Shown: positions 1-9,813 of the stretch, one piece after another | How the letters are laid out: each line of letters opens with the position of its first letter | Numbering within the stretch: position 1 is the stretch's first letter | Source: an uncultured Nitrososphaerales archaeon | GTDB lineage: Archaea; Thermoproteota; Nitrososphaeria; Nitrososphaerales; Nitrososphaeraceae | Assembly: GCA_963841565.1 (NCBI GenBank) | Contig: CAWJCY010000006.1 | Coordinates: 128,001-192,000 of the forward strand | DNA: 64,000 nucleotides | Direction of reading: 5' to 3' | Made by a program: the position numbers and the translations under genes | The notes under the pieces: generated by a model | The model's input: only the letters and a program-made list of their open reading frames with translations | Database searches by the model: none | What the model was told of the DNA's origin: nothing

Positions 1-368
1 TCAAGTTCACCAATAACTCTAATAATGAGAGAAGAGTATTCTGAATCGAACAACTCAAAAATGAGCGAGCTAGCCTTACTACCTCATGCGAATCTCAACA
101 TGACGGCAGCTAGGAAAATTGATCGTGATGACGAACCACTGATTTTGAAGTATAATGGTGCTGTGATTGGTTGCAATTTTGAATCTATTTCTAGGGGTTT
201 GAAACCTTCATGTCATAGGTTAAATCAGGTTTTCGATTCTAATAATATGAAATACTCGAGACCATCAGTTAGGAGAAAAGGAGTAGATGGAGAGGGAAAA
301 TTCCGTTTAAAGAATGGTATAGACAATAATACTGCCGGAATAACTTTTCAATGGTGAATTGTTGAGAG

Positions 369-770
369 ATGAACTCCACAAATCCTACAAAATCTGATCG
401 TTCAATCGCCCCGCATGGAAACCGACCGCTTTCATACAATTGGGTGTTTGCCATTGGAATTACGATGATCCTATTGGGAGTAATATTATTTGCATTAAGG
501 GCAGCTCTAATTAGCCTTGTGATCATGATTATAGGAATTTCTCTATTTACAGCCTGGCTTTACCTAAGCACAAGGTTAAAGGAATCAAAGAATCTTCCTC
601 AAAAAGGCGGTTTGTCAAATAGACAAGTTCAGGGAGAATTGAACGAGGAATGCATATGTGCTATATGTAAGCATAAGGCATCAAGCACCTGCATTAATGA
701 AAATTGTGCGTGTTGTATTCTGATGAAAGATGACAGCGTGGTAGGGCATTCGAATAATCCCTTGCAATGA
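369..770 (+). CDS. Two-TM membrane protein with Cys-rich C-terminal tail
   Basis: Two hydrophobic helices (WVFAIGITMILLGVILFAL; ALISLVIMIIGISLFTAWLYL); tail CICAICKHKASSTCINENCACC. Confidence 0.7.
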   Translation: MNSTNPTKSDRSIAPHGNRPLSYNWVFAIGITMILLGVILFALRAALISLVIMIIGISLFTAWLYLSTRLKESKNLPQKGGLSNRQVQGELNEECICAICKHKASSTCINENCACCILMKDDSVVGHSNNPLQ

Positions 771-1005
771 TATAATTTTATAGCTGAGCTTTCGTAATAT
801 TTCCAGATCTAATTTCTTTCACAAGACCACAGGTATGGAGGCGACAAAACATTAACTGAGTTTCAGACATCAAGGCTGTTGGCTAATAATTACACATTCT
901 GATAGCCATTCTCAATGGTGATGTCGTCTTGAACGGGCAAGACGACATTAACGGTTGAAATTAATGTGATATCGAAATGCGCTTAAATTCTTATCTCAAC
1001 AGTTG

Positions 1006-1428
1006 TTATTTCATATACTTGACTACTCGAACATCTCCATCGTTTGCTGTTAAAATAATTCGATCAAATTCCAGTTCATTTGGATTTGGAGAAGAAAACA
1101 CAGATGCGAAGGGCCCAATATTTCCTAAGCTCTGGGGAATACCGTTCTCTCCAAATTGAACCACTACGTCGTTCAACGAATCAAAGTTATTGTTACTGAT
1201 TTTAGCAGTTACCGAGCTAATCAATCCCCCTCGTTCAATTATCTCGATGCTTACTCCAGCTCTAGGGAGGAATACCGAGAATACAACCAGAGCTACAACG
1301 ACAAAACCAACAATTATCCCAACCTTAGCAATTTTTATATAATTTCTTCTCACTTTACCACGAAGACCATTTTCCTGAAATTTGTCTTCGTCCCATTTAT
1401 CATTCAATTGGAATGCACCTGTGTTCAC
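1006..1428 (-). CDS. Hypothetical single-TM protein with beta-rich extracellular domain
   Basis: 140-aa ORF, basic stretch then TM VGIIVGFVVVALVVFSVFL, followed by a beta-strand-like domain. Confidence 0.6.
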   Translation of the reverse strand: MNTGAFQLNDKWDEDKFQENGLRGKVRRNYIKIAKVGIIVGFVVVALVVFSVFLPRAGVSIEIIERGGLISSVTAKISNNNFDSLNDVVVQFGENGIPQSLGNIGPFASVFSSPNPNELEFDRIILTANDGDVRVVKYMK

Positions 1429-1614
1429 GGGAATCTACCTGCATTCTTGTACTCTCTGTCATCATAAAGCGACCTGCCTTAAATAAGTACAGATACAAAT
1501 AGACAATCCCCGAAGCGATCAGCAGAACCTCAGTGATTCATTCTTCCAGATTATGAATACAAGGTGAATTAAAATGAATATACGAAATCCAAATGTCTCC
1601 ATGTTCACTAGTTT

Positions 1615-1845
1615 TCACTTTCTTAATTGGAAATTAACTTCAAACATTGTAATAATGTCCTTGATGTTTTCGTCTGAAGCAAAACTGCAGATCGTAATCC
1701 ACTTTCTATTTTTCCTTGCCATGATCTGACAAACAGCCCTAGGATTATCAGGGGTCACTTCTGCCTTCACATCATACCTGCTTCTCAATTTTTCTTCCAA
1801 GATGGCCGCAATTCCACGGGGGGCGTGGATTGTAATTTTACGCAT
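1615..1845 (-). CDS. Small hypothetical protein
   Basis: 76-aa ATG ORF with protein-like composition and an AT-rich TATA-like element upstream. Confidence 0.6.
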   Translation of the reverse strand: MRKITIHAPRGIAAILEEKLRSRYDVKAEVTPDNPRAVCQIMARKNRKWITICSFASDENIKDIITMFEVNFQLRK

Positions 1846-1963
1846 TTCCTTAGATAACTGGGTATGGACGAGATAATTCTTTCGTTAATAAAGCCTCTAG
1901 TCAGCTCAGACTATTCTATTCGGCAAATGGAAGATCAATTACGGCGAATCATAGTGCCAAGTC

Positions 1964-2182
1964 TCATTTCTTTGATCTTTCAAGTAGGTCTATTACATTA
2001 CGAAGGCTATCCTGGATCTCCTCTATTGGACTATTTTGATAATCCATTCTACTCTCGAGGTCTACCAGCTTGTTGACTACAACTAATAGGTTATTTATCG
2101 GATCATCGAATTCATTTCGCGGCTTGCCAATGGCCATTGAGGTATCCTCCTCGTGCATTAGAGCAATACATGATTCATTCAC
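1964..2182 (-). CDS. Small hypothetical helical protein
   Basis: 72-aa ORF with amphipathic helical pattern. Confidence 0.45.
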   Translation of the reverse strand: MNESCIALMHEEDTSMAIGKPRNEFDDPINNLLVVVNKLVDLESRMDYQNSPIEEIQDSLRNVIDLLERSKK

Positions 2183-2491
2183 GCATATATCTATACTTTA
2201 CGAGCGTCAACTGGATCTAGTTCGTTATCAAGCATGGACGGTCAAGGCGCAAGGGCAAAAAAAGACTATCGATTTAGGCTTGTTGATTGAGTTGAATACC
2301 TTTGATAAGCAAGTATTCTGAAAGAATATTCACTAACGCGCGAGTAACCAATCATACTCCGTTTGTTAATACTGATAAATAGTGTTGGATTGATGTTGAA
2401 TTAAGCCAATTAGTCCAAATCTTTCACGAGTATGAAAATGATCGTGATGTTTCCTTCCATATTCACAACTTTTAGCTGGAATTTGGACTAG

Positions 2492-2577
2492 AGGTGGGGA
2501 AGGGATTCGAACCCTTATTGATTCGCTTACTACATTCAATTCTGCAGGCGAACGCATAGCCGCTCTGCCACCCCACC
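2492..2577 (-). tRNA. tRNA-Cys(GCA) with 14-nt canonical intron (2528-2541)
   Basis: Minus strand: acceptor GGTGGGG/CCCCACC, discriminator U, anticodon stem TTCGC/GCGAA, loop CT-GCA-G[AATTGAATGTAGTA]A, T arm AAGGG-TTCGAAT-CCCTT. Confidence 0.95.
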
Positions 2578-2778
2578 GTTCATTTCTTGCCCGTTGGTAA
2601 CTAGGCAAGATCGTACTAGATTTCTACGATTATTTAAATTAAATCCTATTGATTTACTTAACGCATAATACTGAATTCGAGTATTGCAAAACAACAGGGT
2701 CAGATTCTACCAGGATTCAAATTATTAGTCAACAAAAACTAAATGAATTAAAGCAACGGTCTGGCTCGAAGTTGGAGA

Positions 2779-3108
2779 TCATATGTCTATCATATCGTAT
2801 TCAGTGGTCTTCTTCCTATGGCACTGCCAGCACAATAATTGCATATTTCCGATGTCGAAGACTGGTCCCCCTTTAGATATAGGAATGATGTGGTCTACTG
2901 TAAGCAAAGCGATAGGAAAATATTTGCCACAACCAAATTTGTAATATTTGTTGTCCACGCCTTGGAAAGCTGGGAGGCTATAGCCAGGATTACATCTAGA
3001 ACCATACTTTTTTGCTAGAGTAGTCTTATAATTCTGTCTCATGGAGGGAGGTAGCTGATACCAAGAATCTCCACTTTTACCAGCAACATAGATTCTTTTT
3101 CGCACCAT
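2779..3108 (-). CDS. HNH endonuclease
   Basis: LTVDHIIPISKGG...N.QLLCWQCHRKKT HNH motif with Zn-binding Cys. Confidence 0.88.
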   Translation of the reverse strand: MVRKRIYVAGKSGDSWYQLPPSMRQNYKTTLAKKYGSRCNPGYSLPAFQGVDNKYYKFGCGKYFPIALLTVDHIIPISKGGPVFDIGNMQLLCWQCHRKKTTEYDMIDI

Positions 3109-3671
3109 GGTTCAACGAGTAGAACGGATATGTTATATGCGTAAATAAAATGTTTGCTTCTCTTGATTTTGTGATTAAGATACAAGTGATAGAAATTGAA
3201 TATTTAATAATTTTTCTCGACTTTTACAATGCTATTTTGATTCTATTTAACACAGTACCTGTTTGACCTTATGCGATTAAACGCATTGCCGAACATTATT
3301 TTCCAGTTGGCCAGAGTAGAGGTGCTCAGATTAACAGGTTTTGGTTATCTGTCGTATAACATTCTATCATGTTGTGTTCCCTTTCAAGTAACGGCCTATC
3401 GTATCGTAATGGTCTCTTATCTAGATATCTTTATTGATAACTAGTTGTTTACCCAATCTAGCTCTACGAAATCAATGCATCTTCATAGCCCGTTAGTTAC
3501 TCGCTAGCGAGTCTCCAAGCACTCGTTCTACCTTTGACGTCTCAACAAAGCGTTTGACGTGCCCATGTTCTTAAGTAGTAAATCACCAAAAAATACCGAA
3601 AAGACTAGGCATCATAAACATTCGATTCGACTACCTGGGGTATTTTTTTATTTGTGTGAAAATTGGACCCT

Positions 3672-4040
3672 TTAAATTGGCTCCCCTAGCTGGACAGAGT
3701 CAACATAAATCCCGTTGTCGTGTTCCTCAATCTTATACAATCTCAAATTGCCTGACTTTCGCCAATTAGGGCTCTGCTCCATCCAGCTATCTTCCTTTTT
3801 CCAAGATTTCATATTTTCTAGCACACCTGTGAAAAGATTATACTCATATCCGTGCATGTAGCATACTATGTTATTGCCATTAAAGTGTCCCTTTGATAAG
3901 GAGGCTCCTCTGTGAGGACAGGAATTGCTGCACGCGAATAACTTTCTGTTTCTTCTTCCTACGAGGATATCCCTATTGTTAATTGTGAAAACATTCAAAG
4001 AATTATCCTTTATTTCATCACTATTGCAGATCCTCATCAT
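3672..4040 (-). CDS. Rieske [2Fe-2S] ferredoxin
   Basis: CPHRG and CYMHG Rieske boxes. Confidence 0.9.
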   Translation of the reverse strand: MMRICNSDEIKDNSLNVFTINNRDILVGRRNRKLFACSNSCPHRGASLSKGHFNGNNIVCYMHGYEYNLFTGVLENMKSWKKEDSWMEQSPNWRKSGNLRLYKIEEHDNGIYVDSVQLGEPI

Positions 4041-4287
4041 CTCTGGAATCGTAAAGTTACCGATCGAGATACTATAAATCTATTTACTCAATTGTACTTC
4101 ATTTTTGATAGGAATTATTATCGTAAGGCTAATTTGACTTCGATGTAGATTAGGAACATCTAGTTTTATATCCCTAATTAGCCATACTATGTGGTCGTAG
4201 AAATTAAGACCTGATATGCATACTCAAGCAATATCTGGGCAAGTATGAAGATTTTTATATGTATGTTGGCTACTAATAAATTACATT

Positions 4288-4740
4288 TTGCCATCAGAAA
4301 TAGTTACTCCTATGAAAATTTCAGTTAAAACTAGAAATAGTTTAGTTGAACAGGCACTCCAAACCATCTCTCGAAGTGGAGAGAATGGAATATTCCAAAC
4401 CGAACTTTGTAAGACTTTTTCTCTAGACAGCCGAGATGGGTCAAGGCTTGTTGGGAATCTGGAAAAGCAGGCCCTTATTTCTAGGGAAAAAATCCTTTAC
4501 AACGGTAGGTGGACTTACAAGTTGATAGTAAAGAAGCCTACTACTTCTGAAATTGAAAAAAGACAAGTTGAGATAAATAGTGTTGAGGGAGCCCCGTGTT
4601 TCAGTTGTAATTATCAACATTTATGTTCGTCTGAAGATGAAATGAGTCAGTATAGCCCAGCCAAGTGTACATGGATCGCAGAATGGGTACTCTCTAGTTT
4701 TAGCAGGACACTGAATCATCAGCGTCACGTCGATCTATAG
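4288..4740 (+). CDS. Transcription factor E beta subunit (RPC34/C39-like: wHTH plus 4Fe-4S domain)
   Basis: N-terminal wHTH (GIFQTELCKTFSLDSRDGSRLVGNLEKQALISRE) and C-terminal PCFSCNYQHLC...SPAKCTWIAEW motif; start may be ATG 4312. Confidence 0.8.
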   Translation: MPSEIVTPMKISVKTRNSLVEQALQTISRSGENGIFQTELCKTFSLDSRDGSRLVGNLEKQALISREKILYNGRWTYKLIVKKPTTSEIEKRQVEINSVEGAPCFSCNYQHLCSSEDEMSQYSPAKCTWIAEWVLSSFSRTLNHQRHVDL

Positions 4741-4919
4741 TCAAAGAATTATGCAAAGGCTAGTGGCAGCCTTCACATTGTAATAGGGCTAGTCCTAATT
4801 TGAAAGTGGTTACATAATCCAATTACGATCTCATGTGCAACATGTGTATCTGGAAAGAGCTTTCTGAACTGATCTTATTTTTACTTGAATATTATGGAGG
4901 GTTCGCGCTCCAATGAGAT

Positions 4920-5465
4920 TTATGAAGAACGCTGTAGGTCATCCTTAAAGGCCAATGGAGCTGTAACAAATCCAGACTCGATATCAGCAGTCCCTTCCGC
5001 TTCCCAATTTATGTCAGAGCTAGTGAGATTTCCAATATTGATTTGCGTAAGAGTTGGATCGTTACGCGGTATTTCGAACTTTGACATGATTGTAGCTTCG
5101 CCTCCAGACAAAAGTTGTGGCCGCCCGTGAACTGGGATATCGATATAGTCGATATGTCCGTTACCTAGAGACTCACCATTCGCGAAAAGGGTATAATCGA
5201 TTTTAGAGGTGGTCAAGGTCTTATCAGTAGGGTTATCGACTTTAAAAAATACGTTAAGAGTAAGCAGATTCGCTGTTTCCTCTTCTGGAGAGGGATTCTC
5301 AATCTCAACTTTGTCGAGGTTGATTTTCACAGCATTGATATCGGGCGGAAGGGTGAGAGTCAAGATAAGTGGTGTAAAAATTATTGCTGCGGCTATTGCT
5401 GCAACAACGCCAATGAGAAGGGCTCTACGTCTGGTAAGAAACATTCTGGCATTTAAGCTAATCAA
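4920..5465 (-). CDS. Membrane-anchored LEA_2/WHy-like domain protein
   Basis: N-terminal TM; F.V.NP...L....IDY.L..NG..LG.G pattern. Confidence 0.7.
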   Translation of the reverse strand: MISLNARMFLTRRRALLIGVVAAIAAAIIFTPLILTLTLPPDINAVKINLDKVEIENPSPEEETANLLTLNVFFKVDNPTDKTLTTSKIDYTLFANGESLGNGHIDYIDIPVHGRPQLLSGGEATIMSKFEIPRNDPTLTQINIGNLTSSDINWEAEGTADIESGFVTAPLAFKDDLQRSS

Positions 5466-5530
5466 AAGCGCATTAAAATCCTTTCTAAGACAATACGAAT
5501 AATAGTATTAACGTCAATCCCTGTTTCGTA

Positions 5531-6034
5531 ATGGTGTTGGGGGATGTCTTAGTTTTTTGGGTGCATCTAACCTGTGCATCAATCTGGGTCGGTGGATCCT
5601 TATTTTTAGGGATAGTTTTGGCACCCATGTTAGGAACGATTGCTGAATCGCCAGCAGATCGTCTTGCCCTAATGCTAAGGATCGGAAGGAGATTCAATAG
5701 AATTGCATTGCCGGCATTTATAATACTGATGATAACCGGAATTTACAATTCTCGCGCTTTTCTTTTGCAGCCGGTTGCACTAATAGATTCAGACTATGGT
5801 ATTATTTTGCTTATCAAGGTCATCTTCGTTATTGTTACGCTCATAATCTATATTATCCACATAAGGTCTATTGACATCGAAACAGAAAAGCGGATTATGA
5901 GTGGTGACTCAAATTCTTATATTCAACCTGTAAGATCCAGAATTATTCTTCTAGGAAGAGTGATTGTGGGATTATCGTTGATAATCTTGTTCCTTGGGGC
6001 ATTGCTAAACAACAGCGGTGCCCTACCATTGTGA
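5531..6034 (+). CDS. CopD-family copper resistance membrane protein
   Basis: WVHLTCASIWVGG, RFNRIA, ITGIYN, YG.ILLIKV motifs; 4 TMs. Confidence 0.8.
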   Translation: MVLGDVLVFWVHLTCASIWVGGSLFLGIVLAPMLGTIAESPADRLALMLRIGRRFNRIALPAFIILMITGIYNSRAFLLQPVALIDSDYGIILLIKVIFVIVTLIIYIIHIRSIDIETEKRIMSGDSNSYIQPVRSRIILLGRVIVGLSLIILFLGALLNNSGALPL

Positions 6035-6326
6035 CGAATGACTATTCATTTCAAGTGGATCAATATTGTATCAGACCATTCGAGTTAGCTGAGCAGACTA
6101 GATATCTACCAAAAGTAACAAATAAACCACTTTCTACCATGAGGGATCAATGGTTACTTTTGAGGGACTTTTAAGGCAAGTGAGATCACCTGTTCATTCT
6201 ATATAGTCCCCATTATTAGAGACACCAAGGTAAGACACTTCATAAAGCTTCCATATATTGAAAACCAGACATATCCTAACGCTTTAAACCGGAAGACCAA
6301 TCAGTGACATACACTTTTATAGTAAT

Positions 6327-6530
6327 ATGGCATATAAGAATTTTGAGAGCAAATTGAGGAGTTTAAATATTTTCCTGGAGAAGTCGGACGACATAAAAGT
6401 CGCCAAAGACAATTACGCTGCTGGTTTTGAAGATAATCTTCCTTATGATTTGGTCTCTCGGCCTTATTACGTAGATTCTTTTTTCTCTAACCTAGACCGA
6501 TCCGCTTCAAGTGATTTCGATTCTGAATAG
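6327..6530 (+). CDS. Small hypothetical protein
   Basis: 67-aa ATG ORF behind AT-rich promoter-like sequence. Confidence 0.4.
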   Translation: MAYKNFESKLRSLNIFLEKSDDIKVAKDNYAAGFEDNLPYDLVSRPYYVDSFFSNLDRSASSDFDSE

Positions 6531-6602
6531 TAGATTCAAAAAGGATGGATATATAGTAGCGGTTCCTATTAGATTGATATTAAACTAACACAAAAAACCC
6601 TA

Positions 6603-7121
6603 CTAGCTTTTGGGTGCAATGTCCGAAATAATTTGTTCAATCTTATGCCGCAAAGCCTCCTTGACTTGATTATTGTCAATAAGGTTCAGCGGTTCCTTAC
6701 ACGTACTGCATTTGAAGAACTGCTCTACCGCAAGATCGAATTTGACATGTGAACAATCGTTGTTCCCACAATGGTAAAACTCGGAGGATTCTTCGTATTC
6801 AAGTCGCTTTTGTAACCTATCAAGAATTTTTTTCTTCTGATTATCGATAAAATTGTCTACTTGATCCCTTTTCGCTCTCCATCTGTATACAAACCATCCT
6901 TTCTTCTCGTCCTTTACACGAATGCCCGTGATCAACGCTTTCCCAAACATATCATAAAGAACTTTTCGAATGATGTTGATTCTAAGCCCAGTTGCCCCTG
7001 CAATTTCCTCATCAGTTGCATCTTCTGTATGCAAGAGGGCACGTGCAACTTTTAGATATTCCTCACCTCCAATGAGTGCAGCAATCTTTACAAAAGAATC
7101 TTCAGTATCGTCCTGATGCAT
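6603..7121 (-). CDS. tfe: Transcription factor E alpha subunit
   Basis: TDEEIA...NIIRKVLY wHTH, GWFVYRW, Zn ribbon (HCGNNDC...FKCSTC). Confidence 0.93.
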   Translation of the reverse strand: MHQDDTEDSFVKIAALIGGEEYLKVARALLHTEDATDEEIAGATGLRINIIRKVLYDMFGKALITGIRVKDEKKGWFVYRWRAKRDQVDNFIDNQKKKILDRLQKRLEYEESSEFYHCGNNDCSHVKFDLAVEQFFKCSTCKEPLNLIDNNQVKEALRHKIEQIISDIAPKS

Positions 7122-7349
7122 CTTTTCTATATCATCAATTTTTAGATATATAGTTACCGACAGACGAATGAAAGTGAATACTTAACATCAAAGTTCAAAA
7201 TAATTTGAGTTGGGTAGGCAATATTTCTACCCACACATTCATGATATTTTTGTGATAAACGAATTTTAGTATTTCCCAACTGATCGAATTCTTACTAAAC
7301 TTGAATTAATCCACTGGTACCGTAATGAGGGACTGCTTCTAGAACCAAA

Positions 7350-8681
7350 CTAAAGGGACCGTTGGTGAAAGCCTCTACCATATCTCTTCTGATTGTTATA
7401 GCGACTTTCTCCTCTTCCTCGGTACCGAGAGTTGCTCGTCTCATTGCTATACTTCCTTTGACCATACTGATTTTCTCGTCTATCTCGATAACCGTTAGAA
7501 GGCCTGTACGACCTACCCCTTGAATAAGATGGGCGTTGGGTCCTACCTTCGTACACAGGGACTTCTATACCTAGTTCAAAATTCAGCTTGCGGATGGGCT
7601 GGTCTGTTCGATTGATTATTCTCTGAAAGTCTTCAACCCGTTCTACAGAAACTAAGGAGACGGCCTTGCCAGTGCCACCTGCTCGAGCTGTTCTACCGAT
7701 GCGATGAAAATAAATCAATGGATCCTCGGGGACATCATAATTTACCACATGACTTACTGCAGGGATGTCGATACCTCGAGCTGCTATGTCAGTGGCGACA
7801 AGGATATCTTCCTTTGCTGCCTTGAATCTATACATTGCTACTTCTCGTTGCTTTTGTGACAAATCTCCATGTATAGAGATGGCCTTAAAGCCTGCATATT
7901 TCAGATCATTAGCCAATCTATGGGTTCGTTGCTTTGTAGCAGCAAATACGATCATCTGTTTTTTACTTTCATTTTTGATCAACTCACAAAGATGCTTAAA
8001 TTTCTGCCGTTCGTGAGTAACAAGATATGACTGATCGATTGTATCGAGGCTGATTTCTTCTTCGTTAAGTAGAACTTGTTTTGGATTGGTCATATATTCT
8101 TCCGCAAGGCGAAGGATTTCAGGAGGCATTGTGGCAGAGAAGAGACAGGTCTGATGCTTTTCGCTTATATAGAAAAGAATGAACCTGATGTCATCAATGA
8201 AACCCATATCTAGCATTCTGTCGGCCTCGTCAAGTACGACGTGACTTACCTTGTCCAGCTCGATGGTTCCTCTTTTCAAATGGTCAATAAGTCTGCCAGG
8301 AGTAGCAACAACCACCTGAGCCCCTCTCTCCAATCGTGATTGCTGCTGACCGATACTTACCCCTCCAAAAATGGATACCACACGAATTGGAATATACTTT
8401 GAATATTTTGTGATCTCATGGGTTACCTGAACCGCGAGTTCCCGCGTGGGTACTAATATCAAAAATTGTACCGGACCGTTACTTTTGAGACGTGATAATA
8501 CAGGCAAACAGAATGCTGCCGTTTTACCCGTTCCAGTGTGTGCCTGACCAATTACATCATGCCCTTGCAAAATAAATGGTATTGATGCTTCTTGAATAGG
8601 AAATGGCCTGGCGAAGCCCATTTCTTCCAATGCCCTAGTTAAAGGTGGGCTTACCCCTAATTCTTCAAATGTAGATTTCAA
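7350..8681 (-). CDS. DEAD-box RNA helicase
   Basis: Q motif, TGTGKT, PTRELA, DEAD, SAT, HRIGRTAR; Arg/Gly/Tyr-rich tail. Confidence 0.97.
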   Translation of the reverse strand: MKSTFEELGVSPPLTRALEEMGFARPFPIQEASIPFILQGHDVIGQAHTGTGKTAAFCLPVLSRLKSNGPVQFLILVPTRELAVQVTHEITKYSKYIPIRVVSIFGGVSIGQQQSRLERGAQVVVATPGRLIDHLKRGTIELDKVSHVVLDEADRMLDMGFIDDIRFILFYISEKHQTCLFSATMPPEILRLAEEYMTNPKQVLLNEEEISLDTIDQSYLVTHERQKFKHLCELIKNESKKQMIVFAATKQRTHRLANDLKYAGFKAISIHGDLSQKQREVAMYRFKAAKEDILVATDIAARGIDIPAVSHVVNYDVPEDPLIYFHRIGRTARAGGTGKAVSLVSVERVEDFQRIINRTDQPIRKLNFELGIEVPVYEGRTQRPSYSRGRSYRPSNGYRDRRENQYGQRKYSNETSNSRYRGRGESRYNNQKRYGRGFHQRSL

Positions 8682-8911
8682 TCTTTCTTTTCACTAATAT
8701 TTTTCTGCACAAATGCACGGAAGAAATGATAAGTAGTATTCTGATACTTGACAGATCTGCCGTTGCTTTTGACGACTGATATTAGAAAGCACAGAAATAT
8801 AAGGGATACGGAAGCTAATCCGGTCTGAATAATGGGTACCTATATGATTGCCTAACTAGTTTTTAGAGCGTAATACAAGTCTTTTATATTCAGACCCGAT
8901 AATAGTTATTC

Positions 8912-9742
8912 ATGCTAAGCGAAACTCCCAGAAATGACTACCAAGAGAAGAAACTTCGCGGATCTGGAGGATATGTTCTAGCTAAAATAACAGATGAAGA
9001 ACAGAGAAAAGGTAACCTAGGAGGGCCTGAGCTATTCTTAGCAGGTGTAGGAAGACTAGACGAAAATAGGCTCCTGAAACACTATTGTAACAAATGCGAA
9101 GTACAATTTGATGGTCCTCCTTCTATTGTGTTTGATAGCCCGAACGAGGATCTAGGGGAAGGGGTGATCTTAGAAGAGAAAGGTGAATACAAATGCAAGA
9201 AATGCAAGAACACGATTGCGCAGTACCGCAAGTTTCGATCTCCTCAGAATGAAAAGGCAATACAAGCTGATTCGTCGTCTGTCAATCATCAGGAAGTAGT
9301 TCAACAAATATCACCGACGAAGCCAGAGGAAAATTCGGGAGCGCCTCAACATTCTACAGTAGGCTCAATACATGAAGTGCATAACGCCTTACTTAACGGT
9401 GAATTTCTCCCAATACACTCACTAATCGAAATGCCAGCCTATGATTCGGAAGCAATGCTAATTGGAAATATAAAGGAAATAGGCCTTAGAAGGTTAAGGA
9501 ATGGAACAGTCGATGTAAGTATCGTGGTCAACAATCAATTGAAGGATAAAGACGCCAAATCTTCTGAAATCCTATGGTCAAAGATATCTAAGATTGGTGA
9601 CATTGTGCTAATTAATGAAAATCGGTCCAAGGTTGAGCCCGACTCGCATAATGGATCTGCAAGTCTCGCGAAGTGTAAGGCATGCGGATATACAAATGAA
9701 GAAGGTTCGAAGTATTGTGAAGAGTGCGGAGTAAAATTATGA
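8912..9742 (+). CDS. Zn-binding/PRC-barrel/zinc-ribbon protein
   Basis: CxxC pairs; PRC-barrel-like LIEMPAYDSEAMLIGNIKEI...ISKIGDIVLI; C-terminal CKAC...YCEECG ribbon. Confidence 0.75.
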   Translation: MLSETPRNDYQEKKLRGSGGYVLAKITDEEQRKGNLGGPELFLAGVGRLDENRLLKHYCNKCEVQFDGPPSIVFDSPNEDLGEGVILEEKGEYKCKKCKNTIAQYRKFRSPQNEKAIQADSSSVNHQEVVQQISPTKPEENSGAPQHSTVGSIHEVHNALLNGEFLPIHSLIEMPAYDSEAMLIGNIKEIGLRRLRNGTVDVSIVVNNQLKDKDAKSSEILWSKISKIGDIVLINENRSKVEPDSHNGSASLAKCKACGYTNEEGSKYCEECGVKL

Positions 9743-9813
9743 AAATAGGATACTTGTTTCTAATGGAAGGGATTTTGGAGATCGCTTCTCATAGTTCTCC
9801 AGCTCAATAGTTC

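Noticed and set aside
25-357. 110-aa ORF at the window start
   Set aside because: No recognisable motif and upstream context is missing.
2366-2608. 80-aa ORF over tRNA-Cys, and ORFs at 31943-32206 over tRNA-Ser
   Set aside because: Shadow ORFs of tRNA genes.
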